64,000 nucleotides of DNA, taken from contig CAWGYD010000004.1 in the NCBI GenBank assembly GCA_963826785.1, positions 384,001-448,000 on the forward strand, given 5' to 3'. Both the position numbers and the translations under genes were made by a program. This document shows, in pieces, positions 1 through 11,160 of this stretch. The notes under the pieces are model-generated. The model saw nothing but the letters and a program-made list of their open reading frames with translations. It was not told the DNA's origin and did no database searches. Numbering within the stretch: the stretch's first letter is position 1; every line of letters begins with the position of its first letter. Origin of the DNA: an uncultured delta proteobacterium. Lineage in GTDB: Bacteria > Desulfobacterota > Desulfobacteria > Desulfobacterales > Desulfosalsimonadaceae.

Positions 1-428
1 TGCACCCCATTTCATGCCATCATGATCCCGCCGGCGCGGCCCGGGACTATGATGCCCTGCTGCGGGATTTTTTTGCCCCGGAAGGCCCCACTTTTGACCT
101 GGTTCTGCTGGGTCTTGGTGAAAACGGGCATACCGCATCCCTGTTTCCCCACACCGAAGCGCTGGATGCACAGGCGCACTGGGCCGCCCGTGTCCGGGTG
201 GCGGGGCAGGACTATGAGCGGGTGACCCTGACCGCCCCCGTGATCAACCGGGCGCAGCGGGTGGTCTTTCTGGTCTCCGGCGCCCAGAAAGCCGCTGTTT
301 TAAAAGAAGTCCTCACCGGCCCGCCGGATCCCCTGCGTCTGCCGGCCCAACTGATCCGGCCCGGGGAGGAAAATCTCATCTGGCTGGCGGACCGGGCGGC
401 CGCCGCCAGGCTGGAGAAAACATCATGA
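1..428 (+). CDS. pgl: 6-phosphogluconolactonase, 5'-truncated by window edge
   Basis: Frame 3 is open from the window start: FDLVLLGLGENGHTASLFP, RVTLTAPVINRA, LVSGAQKA, LPAQLI, WLADRAAA. Confidence 0.9.
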   Translation, partial: HPISCHHDPAGAARDYDALLRDFFAPEGPTFDLVLLGLGENGHTASLFPHTEALDAQAHWAARVRVAGQDYERVTLTAPVINRAQRVVFLVSGAQKAAVLKEVLTGPPDPLRLPAQLIRPGEENLIWLADRAAAARLEKTS

Positions 429-1091
429 AAAGACTTTCCGTATCGATTCTTCCTTGTGATTTCGGTCACCTGGCCAGTCAGATCAAGGCGGTGGAGGAGG
501 CGGGGGCCGACTGGGATCCATGTGGATGTCATGGACGGCCATTTCGTCCCCAACCTGACCATGGGCCCGCCCATCGTCAAAGCCATCCGCAAAGCCGCCA
601 CCGTTCCCCTGGATGTGCACCTGATGATCGAGAACCCGGATGAATACCTCGAGGCGTATGCAAAGGCCGGGGCCGACCGGATCGGGGTCCAGGTGGAGGC
701 CTGCCGGCACCTGAACCGCACGGTCCAGCGCATCCACGAACTGGGGAAAAAGGCAACGGTGACCTTAAATCCCGCCACCCCCCTCACCGTCCTCGACTAT
801 GTCCTCTCCGATGTGGACATGGTGCTGTTGATGTCGGTCAACCCGGGATTTTCCGGCCAGGAATTCATCTCCTCCGTCCTGCCCAAGATCAGGGACCTCC
901 GGCAGCGGATCGACCGCCTTGATCTGCCGGTGCTGCTGGAAGTGGACGGCGGCATTCACCCCGGCATCGCCCAGGCGGTGGCGGCTGCGGGCGCCGACGT
1001 CCTGGTGACCGGCTCTGCGGTGTTCAATGAAAAGGACATCGGCGGCAACATTTCTGAATTGAAGCGCGAAATAAAGAAAGGAAGCAGGTGA
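425..1091 (+). CDS. rpe: Ribulose-phosphate 3-epimerase, with one +1 frameshift near 512-514
   Basis: MKRLSVSILPCDF..AGADW joins IHVDVMDGHFVPNLTMGP, DVHLMIENP, MSVNPGFSGQ, EVDGG if one G is removed from tgggatc. Confidence 0.9.
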
Positions 1092-2057
1092 TGGCCGGAG
1101 CCGGATATGCCATCGGCGTCGATCTGGGCGGCACCAAGATCGAATATGCGCTGGTGGATGAAAAGGGTCGGATCGAGGCGCAGATGCGGCACCCCACCGA
1201 TGTCAAAGGGGGGACGGCGGCAGTGGAAAAGCAGATCGCCCAAGGGGTCCGGGAACTTCAAAGCCGGGCGGATTCACCTGTGGCGGGCATCGGGATCGGC
1301 GTGGCCGGGCAGATCGAAAAAGATTCCGGCATTGTCCACATGGCGCCCAACCTGGACTGGCATGATGAACCCCTCAAGGAAAATCTCGATCAAATGCTCG
1401 ACCTTCCGGTCACGGTGACCAATGATGTGCGCGCCGCGGCCTGGGGGGAGTGGCTGCACGGCGCCGGCAGGGGGTGTGAGGACCTGTTGTGCGTGTTCGT
1501 GGGCACCGGGGTGGGAGGGGCGGTCGTGTCGGGCGGCCGGATGCTGACCGGCAGTTCCAACACATTCGGTGAAATCGGCCATATCCCGGTCGATCTGCAC
1601 GGCCCCGTCTGCCACTGCGGCAACCGGGGATGTCTGGAGACCCTGGCCGGGGGGAGGTCCATCGCCGATCGGGCCAGGAAGATCGCCGCGGCGCGTTCCC
1701 GCTCCGGGGCCCGGCTTCTGGCGCTGGCGGACGGCGACCCCTGAAAACATCACCGCTGAGACCGTGATCGATGCGTTCCGCAAAGGCGACCCGCTGGCCC
1801 GGTCCCTGGTGGAAGAAGCCGCTCACGCCCTGATCGTCGGGATCTCCGGGATGGTGAACCTGGTCAATCCCGCCCGTATTATTTTCGGGGGCGGCATCAC
1901 CGAAGGCCTGCCGGAGGTGGCGGAATGGGTGGATGAGGGGATCCGCCACCGCGCACTGGCTTCCGCGACGCGTCATCTCGACGTGGCCGCCGCTGAACTG
2001 GGGAACCGGGCCGGTGTCGTGGGGGCCGCGGCACTGGCTCTGCGTTCCTTTGCATGA
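1088..2057 (+). CDS. ROK-family sugar kinase (glucokinase-like), with +1 frameshift near 1738-1741
   Basis: GVDLGGTK, NDVRAAAWGE, GTGVGG, GEIGH, CHCGNRGCLE; C-terminus (FGGG, LGNRAGVVGAA) continues in another frame after a CCCC run. Confidence 0.85.
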
Positions 2058-2060
2058 TCA

Positions 2061-4603
2061 TCACCGCTGCCACAGGATCTGAGGCGCCTCCAGGGGGAGC
2101 CTGACATCGCTGTGTTGGGCAATGGCGCGCACCGTATAATCGTCTGCCGGGCGGACCGCCCTTATGCCGGCGCGGTACAAAAACCCCCCGGTGCTTTCCG
2201 GCAGCGGCCGGATGCGGTCCATGGCCTTGCGCACCGGGGCGTCCCCTTCGGCGTATAGTTCGACCTGGACCATGTCCGGATCGAGCTCACCGAAAAAGAC
2301 TTCCACCTCGAACCGGTGGTTTCCGGCCTCTGTTATTGCGCGTACATCCCCGAAGGAAAGCCCCTCCCATCCTTTCTCCAGGGTTTGCCGCCATGCGTCG
2401 ATCTGTTTGCCCCTGGCGCCGCGGTCCGCTGCACGGTCCCGAAACGCCAATGCTGCGGGCAGATAATGGGTTTCGGTATATTCGCGCACCGCCCGGCCGG
2501 CGCTGTATTGAAGGGTCAGGCCCGTCATGCTCGCCCGCATGCGCGCCACCCAGGGGCCGGGCAAACCGCTCGGGTCCCGGTCGTAGAACGCCGGGATCAC
2601 CTCGCGCTCGAGCAGGTCATAGAGGGTGTGGGCCTCGGCGGCATCATGGGCCGGATCATCCCCGTGCTCCAGTCCGTCCCCAGGGCCCACCCCACTTCCG
2701 GCGTATAGGCTTCGGCCCACCATCCGTCGCGTTCCGACAGGTTAAGCCCGCCGTTGACCAGGACCTTCATGCCGCTGGTGCCGCAGGCCTCCCAGGGACG
2801 CCGGGGGGTGTTCAGCCAGACATCCACGCCCTGCACCAGGTGCTCGGTGAGCAGCATGTCATAGTCGCTCAAAAAGACGGCGTGGGGCCGGATCTCGGGC
2901 TGGCGGATAAACCGGATCCATTCCCGGATAATGGCCTGCCCGGCCCAATCCGCCGGATGGGCCTTGCCGGCGATGATCAGCTGCACCGGCTGCTTTGAAT
3001 TGGTCAGCAGGCGCTTCAGCCGTTCGGGATCGTGCAGGAGCAGGTCCGGGCGCTTATAGGTGGCAAATCGGCGGGCGAACCCCAGGGTGAGCGTATCTAT
3101 GTCCAGCAGGTGCCGGGCGCCCTGCACCTCCTCCGGAGTTGCGCCGGACGCGGCCAGGGTCCGGGACAGGTGCTGCCGGGCGAATACGATGATCTGCTTC
3201 CGGGCGGCATTGCGCAGCTGCCAGAAGCGTTCATCTGAAATTTTGCGCACCGGGTGTTTGATTTTTTCGGTCTGCTCCGGCCAGACTGCCTCCCCGTGGG
3301 CTTCGATCCAGAGTTTATCGGCCAGTTCCGAAGCCCAGCTGGGGGTGTGGACCCCATTGGTCACATGCCCGATGGGGACTTCCCCTTCCGGCCAGCGGGG
3401 AAACAGGGGGGCGAAAATGCGGCGGCTCACCCGGCCATGGAGTTCGCTCACCCCGTTGACCGCCCCGCTGCCCCGGACCGCCAGCCAGGCCATGTTGAAG
3501 GGCTCTGACGGGTCGTCGGGATTCTGGCGGCCCAGCCCGAGCAGCCGGGCAGGGGAGATGCCGAGCTGGTTTCCGGCGTAAGCGCCGAGATATTGTTCCA
3601 CAAGGTCCGGGGCAAATCGGTCGAATCCGGCGGGGACCGCCGTGTGCGTGGTAAAGAGGTTGCCCGCCCGGGTGACCGCCAGGGCCGTGTCGAAGGATGC
3701 CCCTGTTTCCTGCATGAAGTCACGGGCACGCTCCAGCACGGCAAAGGCGGCATGCCCCTCGTTCAGGTGGCATACTTCCGGCTTCAGGCCAAGGGCGCGC
3801 AGCAGACGCCATCCCCCGATACCCAGGGCCAGCTCCTGCTTGATGCGCAGTTCCTGGCCGCCGCCATACAACTCGCTGGTGATCCCCCGGTGGGCGGGAA
3901 AATTGGCCGCGTCATTGCTGTCGAGCAGATAGAGCGTTATCCTGCCCACCTGCACCTGCCAGGCGCGCAGCCACACCGCGTATCCCGGCAGGTCGATTTC
4001 GAGCCGCAGCCACTCGCCATCCGCATCGCGCACCGGAGTAATCGGCAGCTGGCCGGGATCATTGTATGGAAAAAGCGCCTGCTGGCCGCCGTCCTTATCG
4101 ATCACCTGGCGAAAATACCCCTGCTGGTAAAGCAGCCCCACCCCCACCACCGGCACCCCCAGATCACTGGCGGCCTTGAGTTGATCCCCCGCCACATTGC
4201 CGAGGCCTCCCGAGTAGATGGGAAGGGCCTCACTCAGCATGAATTCCATGCTGAAGTAGGCCACCGCCGTCAGATTCGGGTCAGGATGATGCCTCTGGAA
4301 CCAGCAGGGAGAGTTTGCCGCTTCCCGCTTGGACTGCACGAGCCGGTCGACTTCACGGCGGAAGGCGTCATCCGACAACAGGATTTGCAAACGCCTGCGG
4401 GAAATGGTCTGGAGCAGCCCCCACGGATTGTGGGTCAGCGCCCACAGGTCAGGATCCAGCTGCCGCCATATGTCATCCGCATAATGATTCCATGACCATC
4501 GCATGTCCAGGGCAAGCTCGGCCAGTTGCTGAAATCCCTCTATTTCTGCCGGGAGCAGCGTGAAAGGGGGGCTGCTCGCCTGTTGGGCATCGTCCATGTT
4601 CAC
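2061..4603 (-). CDS. glgP: Alpha-glucan (glycogen/maltodextrin) phosphorylase, with -1 frameshift near 2678-2681
   Basis: YFSMEF, YSGGLG, HLNEGH, ARRFATYKR, AGKAHP, EACGTSGMK (PLP lysine); ORFs 2597-4603 and 2061-2723 join by adding one G. Confidence 0.9.
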
Positions 4604-4715
4604 GTCCTGTATTCACCAGTGCCCCAACGATAAACCGTTTTCGGCATGCAATATTGATTCTGATTGATGCACCCGCATACGCAAGTGGAGAGAAACCGGC
4701 GCGACTGCCGTTGAT

Positions 4716-6152
4716 TTAACCGAACGCCCTGCTGAAAATTTCGATCAGGGGCAGCGGATAGATGCCCAGCCAGACCAGCATTATCGTCAGCAGGGCCATG
4801 GCGATTCCGCCGACCGCCGACAGGGCGGGGACTGGCGCAGGCGCGGGTTCGGGGAGCCGATCGGCAAAAAGGGCGGCCACCACCCGGAGGTAGTAAAAAA
4901 GTCCGATGGTGCTTCCCACCACCAGTATGACCACCAGCGCCCAGCGGGCGGATCCCACGCCGGCGGCCAGGATGTAGACCTTGGCCAGAAACCCGGCGGT
5001 CAGCGGAATGCCGGCCAGTGAAAAGAGCATGGCGGCAAAGATTCCGGCAAGGAAAGGGTGCGTCCTGAACAGTCCCCGGAAGTCGGCGATATCCTCGGTC
5101 TCGTTGTCGGGTCCGGAAAGCAGGGAAATCACCCCGAATGCGCCCAGGATCGTGACAAAATAGGCCACGAGGTAAAACGCCACCGCGGTTTTGGCCAGGT
5201 CCCCGCCGGAAAGGAAGGCCACCATCAGGTATCCCAGGTGGGCGATGGAAGAATAGGCCAGGATGCGCTTGACGTTGTCCTGCAGGAGCGCCAGAAGATT
5301 TCCGGCAATCATGGAGGCCGCGGCGATGAGTGCGAATATCAAAAAGAGCACGGAGCCGGGGTGGATATCCATGGGAAAGAACAGGCGGACCAGCAGCGCC
5401 ACGATGCCGCCTTTGGACACCGATGCCACAAACCCGGCCACGGGCGCCGGCGCCCCCTGGTACACATCGGCGGCCCACCAGTGGAAGGGGACCAGGGCCA
5501 GCTTGAAGGCGATTCCCACCACCAGCAGCGCCGCCCCGGCCATCAGCATGATACCTTCGGCCCCGGCCGGCAGGCGAAGCATCGATTCAGCGATATCGGA
5601 AAATGCCATGTGCCCGGTTCCCGCATAGAGGAGCGCCATGCCGAACAGGAGAAAGGCGGAGGAGGCGGCGGCCAGGACCAGGTATTTCAAGCCGGCCTCG
5701 ATGTGGCGGGTGATCCGCCGGGGATAGGCGATCAGGGCATACAGCGACACGGAAAGAATTTCAAATCCGAGGAAAAAAGAGGCGAAATGGGTGCTCGATG
5801 CCAGTATGCAGGCGCCTAGAGCGGCCAGCAGCAGAAGGATGTAAAATTCCTCCCGGTTTTCCGTATACGACTGCAGGTAGGGGTAGGCGATCAGGACGGT
5901 GAAGGCGGTGCCTGAAAACAAGAGGGCCATGAAAACCGCTGCAAAGGGGTCGAACACGATCAGGGGGGTGACCTGCCGGGCCGGGTTTCCCGAAATCAGG
6001 TACAGGGCTGCCGCCGCCGCTGCCAGGCCGGCCAGGGTGATAATCGCCGTGGCCCCATGGCTGCGCTTAAGGCACAGCACGATCATGATCAATACGGGGG
6101 TGAGCCCCAGGATGATCAGGGGGGAAATGGCAGCCAGTTCCGCACCGTTCAT
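4716..6152 (-). CDS. nuoN: NADH-quinone oxidoreductase subunit N
   Basis: EAGLKY, FKLALVPFHWW..DVYQGAP, KRILAYSSIAH, SLAGIPLTAGF; last gene of operon. Confidence 0.95.
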   Translation of the reverse strand: MNGAELAAISPLIILGLTPVLIMIVLCLKRSHGATAIITLAGLAAAAAALYLISGNPARQVTPLIVFDPFAAVFMALLFSGTAFTVLIAYPYLQSYTENREEFYILLLLAALGACILASSTHFASFFLGFEILSVSLYALIAYPRRITRHIEAGLKYLVLAAASSAFLLFGMALLYAGTGHMAFSDIAESMLRLPAGAEGIMLMAGAALLVVGIAFKLALVPFHWWAADVYQGAPAPVAGFVASVSKGGIVALLVRLFFPMDIHPGSVLFLIFALIAAASMIAGNLLALLQDNVKRILAYSSIAHLGYLMVAFLSGGDLAKTAVAFYLVAYFVTILGAFGVISLLSGPDNETEDIADFRGLFRTHPFLAGIFAAMLFSLAGIPLTAGFLAKVYILAAGVGSARWALVVILVVGSTIGLFYYLRVVAALFADRLPEPAPAPVPALSAVGGIAMALLTIMLVWLGIYPLPLIEIFSRAFG

Positions 6153-7726
6153 GGCGCACCTCCCTGCATGTATTGCACCCGGACATCCTCTGCGCTGTTT
6201 TCCCGCTGTGGCGCCTTTACGTGGATGGCGCCCGGCGGCAGCCCGCCCTTCACCGACTTCTCGATGGAAGCCATGGCCGGGGCGGCGGTTTTAAACACCG
6301 GAGTAGGGTAGAGCCCCAGCCAGAAGATCGCCAGGGCCAGTGCTCCCATCACCGTCATTTCCCTTCCGGTCAGGTCGCTGGCGCCTTTCCATCTGCCGGT
6401 ATCCTGCCCATGAAGCACGCGCTGTACGATCCACACCGCGTAAATGGTGGCGGTGATAAACCCCACGGTGGCGGCCGCGGTCAGTCCGATGCTGGCGCGA
6501 TAGGCGCCGATCAGGACCAGAAATTCTCCCACGAAATTGCCCATCCCGGGAAGCCCCATGGAGGCCATGGAGAAAAGGAGCATGGCCGCTCCCATGCGGG
6601 GGGCCGCCCCCTTGAATCCGCCCATTTGCGAAAGATCGCGAGTATGGGTCCGTTCCTGGATGGACCCCACCAGGATAAACAGGGCGCCGGTGCTCACGCC
6701 GTGGGCCAGGATGGTCATCACCACCCCCTGGAGGGCCAGCCGGTTGAAGGCGAAGATCCCCAGGAGCACGAACCCCATATGGCTGACACTGGTGTAGGCC
6801 ACCAGCCGTTTGAGATCCTCTTGAGCAAAGGCCATTACTGCGCCGTAGAGGATGGAGATCACCCCCAGGGTCATCATGTAGGGGGCAAAGGCGACGGCCG
6901 CGGCCGGAAAAAGGGGCACGGCAAAGCGCATCAGGCCATAAGCCCCGGTTTTCAGCAGCAGCCCGGCCAGGATGACGCTGCCGGCGGTGGGCGCCTGGGT
7001 GTGGGCATCGGGTAGCCAGGTATGCAGCGGCACCACCGGGAGCTTGACGGCAAAGGCGGCAAAAAAGGCCAGCATCAGCCAGAATCCGGCCGCCGGGGAC
7101 AGATCGGTGCCCAGCAGCGCCGGGTAGTCGAAGGTGTAAACCCCCGTGGCCCTTCCATGAATGAAAAAAAGCGCCAGGATGGCCACCAGCATGAACAGCC
7201 CGCTGATCTGGGTGAACAGGAAAAATTTGACCGCCGCATATTGACGGTTCTCATGCCCCCAGACCGCAATGATAAAATACATGGGGACCAGCATCAGCTC
7301 CCAGAAGAAATAAAACAAAAACAGGTCCATGGCGGAAAACACCCCCAGGATGCCGGCCAGCACCCACATGAGGTTGAGATGGAAGAACCCGGTCTTTTCG
7401 GAGATCTCGGTCCAGGCCGATCCCAGGGCCATGATCCCCAGAAAACCGGTCAGAAAGATCAGCAGCAGGGAAAATCCGTCCACGGCCAGGTGAAAGCCGA
7501 TGCCCAAAGACGGCATCCAGGGCAGGTTCAGTTCGGCCAGCCAGGGGCCGCCGGCGGAAAGGCTCAGGGTGTTCCTGGCGCCGATTGCAATCATGGCGGC
7601 CAATGCCATCTGGGCCAGCAGGGCAGACAGGCAGATCCAGCGGGGCCAGCGGTCCGAAATGCGTCCTGCGGCGGCGGCGAGGACGCCGCCGCCGATCAGT
7701 ATGAGGATCATCCATAAAAGAATCAT
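6149..7726 (-). CDS. nuoM: NADH-quinone oxidoreductase subunit M
   Basis: FFWELMLVPMY, VKLPVVPLHTWLPDAH, LKRLVAYTSVSHMG, GLPGMGNFVGE. Confidence 0.95.
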   Translation of the reverse strand: MILLWMILILIGGGVLAAAAGRISDRWPRWICLSALLAQMALAAMIAIGARNTLSLSAGGPWLAELNLPWMPSLGIGFHLAVDGFSLLLIFLTGFLGIMALGSAWTEISEKTGFFHLNLMWVLAGILGVFSAMDLFLFYFFWELMLVPMYFIIAVWGHENRQYAAVKFFLFTQISGLFMLVAILALFFIHGRATGVYTFDYPALLGTDLSPAAGFWLMLAFFAAFAVKLPVVPLHTWLPDAHTQAPTAGSVILAGLLLKTGAYGLMRFAVPLFPAAAVAFAPYMMTLGVISILYGAVMAFAQEDLKRLVAYTSVSHMGFVLLGIFAFNRLALQGVVMTILAHGVSTGALFILVGSIQERTHTRDLSQMGGFKGAAPRMGAAMLLFSMASMGLPGMGNFVGEFLVLIGAYRASIGLTAAATVGFITATIYAVWIVQRVLHGQDTGRWKGASDLTGREMTVMGALALAIFWLGLYPTPVFKTAAPAMASIEKSVKGGLPPGAIHVKAPQRENSAEDVRVQYMQGGAP

Positions 7727-9621
7727 AAGAACACCGCCATTCCCACGATGAGAACCGCCCCCGCGGCAATTCCGAAGGCATAATGCCGCATTCTGCCGGA
7801 CTGGGTAAGGCTCAGGCCGGTAAAACCGTCTACGCTGACCCTGGCCATGGCCCGGTAGATAAAATCCACGGCATCGGCGCGGTTGATGCGGGAGAAATAC
7901 ACATAGGGGCGCACCAGCAGCCGATCGTAGATCCAGTCAAATCCCCATCCCGCAAACCACAGCTCCCGCCACAAGGTACCGATCTGCGAACGGGCGATCT
8001 GCGATGCGATCCGGGGCAGGCCCATGATGAAAACAAAGACGATAAAAATACCGCCCAAAGAGATCAGGGCCGAAAGGATGGCAAACCAGGCCTCGTATCC
8101 TTCCCATGCCGATGCCGCAAGGGTGCGGGGCAGCGAATTTTGCAGGAAGTCCGCCAGCAGGGGGAAATTTCCCAGCATGGGCGGCAGCTGGATGAACCCG
8201 CCGATGATCGACAGCAGGGCCAGCACGATCAGGGGGATTTTCATGATTATCCCCGGCCGTCTGCTTATCCGTGTTTTCGCCTCTCCGAAAAAGGTGAGGA
8301 CCACCATGCGAAACGTATACAGGGAAGTTAAAAAGGCGCCGAAAATGGCGGCCAGCCAGAACCAGACGGAACCCTGGGGGGATGACAGGGCGTTCCAGAT
8401 GATCTGGTCCTTGCTGTAAAACCCCGCCGTCACCAGCGGTACGGCCGCCAGTGCACCGCTTCCGGCCAGGAAGGTCCAGAAGGTGACCGGCAGCTGTCGC
8501 CGCAGCCCCCCCATTTTGAACATGTTGTGCTCATGATCCAGGCAATGGATGATGGATCCGGCGCCCAGAAAGAGCAGTGCCTTGAAAAAGGCGTGGATCA
8601 TGAAATGAAACACCGCCGCGCTCCAGGCGCCCACCCCCAGGGCTAAAAACATGTACCCGATCTGGCTGATGGTGGAATAGGCCAGCACCCGCTTGATGTC
8701 GATCTGGGCCAGTGCGGCAAAGCCCGCCAGGAGCAGGGTGAGGGCGCCTATGGCCGCTACCAGGATCATGACCGCCGGAGAGAGGGCAAACAGCACATGG
8801 GTGCGGGCGATGAGGTATACTCCGGCCGTCACCATGGTGGCGGCATGGATCAGCGCACTCACCGGCGTGGGGCCGGCCATGGCATCGGGGAGCCAGGTCT
8901 GCAGCGGGAACTGGGCGGATTTGCCCACGGCGCCGCCCAGCAGGAGCAGCGCCGCCGCGGTGGGATAGAAGGAGCCCGCCGGCCATACTGCCTGGGCCCG
9001 GTGCATGAGGTCCTGAATCTGCAGTGTCCCCAGCTGGGTAAACAGCAGAAACAGGCCGATGGCCATGGCCGTGTCCCCCACCCGGGTCACCACGAAGGCC
9101 TTTCTGGCCGCGTATCCGTTGGCCGGGTCCCTGTACCAGAAGCCGATGAGCAGGTAGCTGCACAGCCCCACCCCCTCCCACCCCAGGTAGAGCAGCACCA
9201 GGTTGTCCGCCAGCACCAGGACCAGCATGGAGCCGACAAACAGGTTCATGTAGGCGAAAAACCGGCTGTAGTCCTCGTCTTCGGCCATGAATTCGGTGGA
9301 GTAGAAAATGATCAGAAATCCCACCCCGGTGATCACCATCATCCAGACCAGGGAGACGGCGTCCAGATAAAAAGCGATGGCCGGATGGAAACCGCCGGCC
9401 TGCCACCAGGTCCACAGGTGCTGGGTGTAGTGCCAGTCCGGCGGCGGATGGGTGACAAAGCTTGCGCATATGGCCACGCTGATGGCGGCTGATACGCCCA
9501 CCGCCCCGGCACCCAGGACCGCCGCTGCGAAACGGGGCATCCGGGACCCGGCCAGCACCAGCAGCAATGCGGCGGCATAGGGCAGGGCAGGAACGATAAA
9601 CAGTAGGTCAAGCATGATCAT
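7723..9621 (-). CDS. nuoL: NADH-quinone oxidoreductase subunit L
   Basis: [58 protein letters not shown]. Confidence 0.95.
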   Translation of the reverse strand: MIMLDLLFIVPALPYAAALLLVLAGSRMPRFAAAVLGAGAVGVSAAISVAICASFVTHPPPDWHYTQHLWTWWQAGGFHPAIAFYLDAVSLVWMMVITGVGFLIIFYSTEFMAEDEDYSRFFAYMNLFVGSMLVLVLADNLVLLYLGWEGVGLCSYLLIGFWYRDPANGYAARKAFVVTRVGDTAMAIGLFLLFTQLGTLQIQDLMHRAQAVWPAGSFYPTAAALLLLGGAVGKSAQFPLQTWLPDAMAGPTPVSALIHAATMVTAGVYLIARTHVLFALSPAVMILVAAIGALTLLLAGFAALAQIDIKRVLAYSTISQIGYMFLALGVGAWSAAVFHFMIHAFFKALLFLGAGSIIHCLDHEHNMFKMGGLRRQLPVTFWTFLAGSGALAAVPLVTAGFYSKDQIIWNALSSPQGSVWFWLAAIFGAFLTSLYTFRMVVLTFFGEAKTRISRRPGIIMKIPLIVLALLSIIGGFIQLPPMLGNFPLLADFLQNSLPRTLAASAWEGYEAWFAILSALISLGGIFIVFVFIMGLPRIASQIARSQIGTLWRELWFAGWGFDWIYDRLLVRPYVYFSRINRADAVDFIYRAMARVSVDGFTGLSLTQSGRMRHYAFGIAAGAVLIVGMAVFL

Positions 9622-9926
9622 CCCCGCATTTCACTGGCCTGGTCGGAATCCAGTGTCCCCAGGTGGTGATACATGGCCAGGATCAGGGCCAGCCCCACCG
9701 AGACTTCCGCCGCGGCCATGGCTAAAATGAATAGAAACATGATCTGTCCGTCGGGCTCCCCCCATCGGGCGCCCGCAGTGATGAAGGCCAGCCCGGCGGC
9801 ATTGAGCATGATCTCGATGGACAGGAGCATGAAGATGATGTTGCGCCGGGCCAGAAGACCTGCAAGCCCCAGCACGAACAGGATCGCCGCCAGGATGAGT
9901 CCGGGGAAAAGCGGGTTGACCACCAT
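9618..9926 (-). CDS. nuoK: NADH-quinone oxidoreductase subunit K
   Basis: [30 protein letters not shown]. Confidence 0.95.
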   Translation of the reverse strand: MVVNPLFPGLILAAILFVLGLAGLLARRNIIFMLLSIEIMLNAAGLAFITAGARWGEPDGQIMFLFILAMAAAEVSVGLALILAMYHHLGTLDSDQASEMRG

Positions 9927-10449
9927 TATTCCCCTCCTTTAGCAGTGACGGCCGGGGTGTTGCGCCGCCCCAGGTGCCAGGCCCCGATCAGGCCGGCCAG
10001 GAGCAGCATGGATGCGAGTTCGACTCCCAGCAGGTAAGGCCCGAACAGTGCATTCCCCACCGTTCTCGGGGAGACCATCTGCGCCTCGCCCATGACCGGG
10101 ATTCCCCCCAGGCTGCGCGGACCAGCTCGGCCAGCAGCACCGCACAGAGCAGTGACGGCCCGATCCAGATGCGCGGACTGAGCAGCGCGCTTTCCTGAGA
10201 GGGCGCTTTTGCACCGGCCTGCACCATCATGATCACGAAAACAAACAGCACCATGATGGCGCCGGCATAGATGATCACCTCCAGCGCGGCGATATAGGGC
10301 GCGCCCAGCACGTAGAAAATGACCGCCACCGCCAGCAGCGAAACGATCAGGTACAGCAGGGCATGCACCGCGTTCTTCCGGGTGATCACCATGATGGTGG
10401 CCAGCACCGCCACGGCCGCCGAAATATGAAAGGTCACGTTCATTCCCAT
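9926..10449 (-). CDS. nuoJ: NADH-quinone oxidoreductase subunit J, with -1 frameshift in G-run at 10104-10109
   Basis: [28 protein letters not shown]; adding one G restores the C-terminal [30 protein letters not shown] ending at TAA overlapping the nuoK ATG. Confidence 0.9.
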
Positions 10450-10483
10450 TTTTTTTCCCCGTAACGCGTCATTCCCATTTTAC

Positions 10484-10999
10484 CTAAGGGAGGAGGCTGT
10501 ATACATCCACCGGCGGGTTTTCGTTTTCCGCCTCTCCCTTGTCCTTCCCGCCGACGGCCAGCCCCGCCACCTTGTAAAAGTTGTAATCCGGGTATTTTCC
10601 CGGTCCGCTGATCATCAGGTCTTTTTTTTCGTACACCATGTTCTGCCGGACATATTCGCAGTATTCGAAATCCGGCGTCAGCTGGATGGCATAGGTGGGG
10701 CAGGCCTCCTCACAGTAGCCGCACAGGATGCAGCGGGAAAAATTGATCCGGAAAAAAGCCGGATACCGGCGTCCCGATTCATCTTCTGCGGCCTGCAGGG
10801 CGATGCAGTCCACCGGACAGGCTACCGCGCACAGGTAGCAGGCCACGCAGCGCTCCTTGCCGTCCGGGTCGCACGAAAGGATGATGCGGCCCCTGAAGCG
10901 CGGCGGCAGGTAAATCTTTTCATCCGGATACTGCACCGTCACCCGTTTCCGGAAGGTGTGCCGCAGGATGACCCAGATCGATTCAAGTATGGAGATCAA
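10484..10999 (-). CDS. nuoI: NADH-quinone oxidoreductase subunit I
   Basis: TVQYP, RFRGR, two ferredoxin motifs [12 protein letters not shown] and [12 protein letters not shown]. Confidence 0.95.
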   Translation of the reverse strand: MISILESIWVILRHTFRKRVTVQYPDEKIYLPPRFRGRIILSCDPDGKERCVACYLCAVACPVDCIALQAAEDESGRRYPAFFRINFSRCILCGYCEEACPTYAIQLTPDFEYCEYVRQNMVYEKKDLMISGPGKYPDYNFYKVAGLAVGGKDKGEAENENPPVDVYSLLP

Positions 11000-11014
11000 A
11001 GCAAACCCCTAATC

Positions 11015-11160
11015 AGTGCCTGAACGGAAAGTGCAGATTTTGGTTCAAGACAAGGCCGCCGGAATTTTTTGACCGCAGGCGTAGTGTGGCTACGTTGAGG
11101 ATCAAAAAATTCCAAAGAACGCAGTATTGGGCCAAAAGATGTGCTTTCCGTTCTGGCACT
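11015..11160 (+). repeat. ~146-nt long-hairpin structured element, copy A (MITE-like or ncRNA), between nuoH and nuoI
   Basis: Nested inverted repeats: AGTGCC(T)GAACGGAAAG/CTTTCCGTTC(T)GGCACT, TTTTGGTTCAA/TTGGGCCAAAA, GGAATTTTTTGA/TCAAAAAATTCC, GCGTAG/CTACGT. Confidence 0.85.

Noticed and set aside
1..428. pgl as a frameshifted gene
   Set aside because: Frame 3 is continuous from the window start; the short ORF call only reflects the missing start.
425..2723. Programmed frameshifting in rpe, kinase and glgP
   Set aside because: No slippery heptamers or precedent; short G/C runs with mixed +1/-1 indels fit sequencing error better.
11015..11160. Simple rho-independent terminator or tRNA
   Set aside because: Far too long, lacks a U-tract on the coding strand and a cloverleaf, and lies mid-operon.
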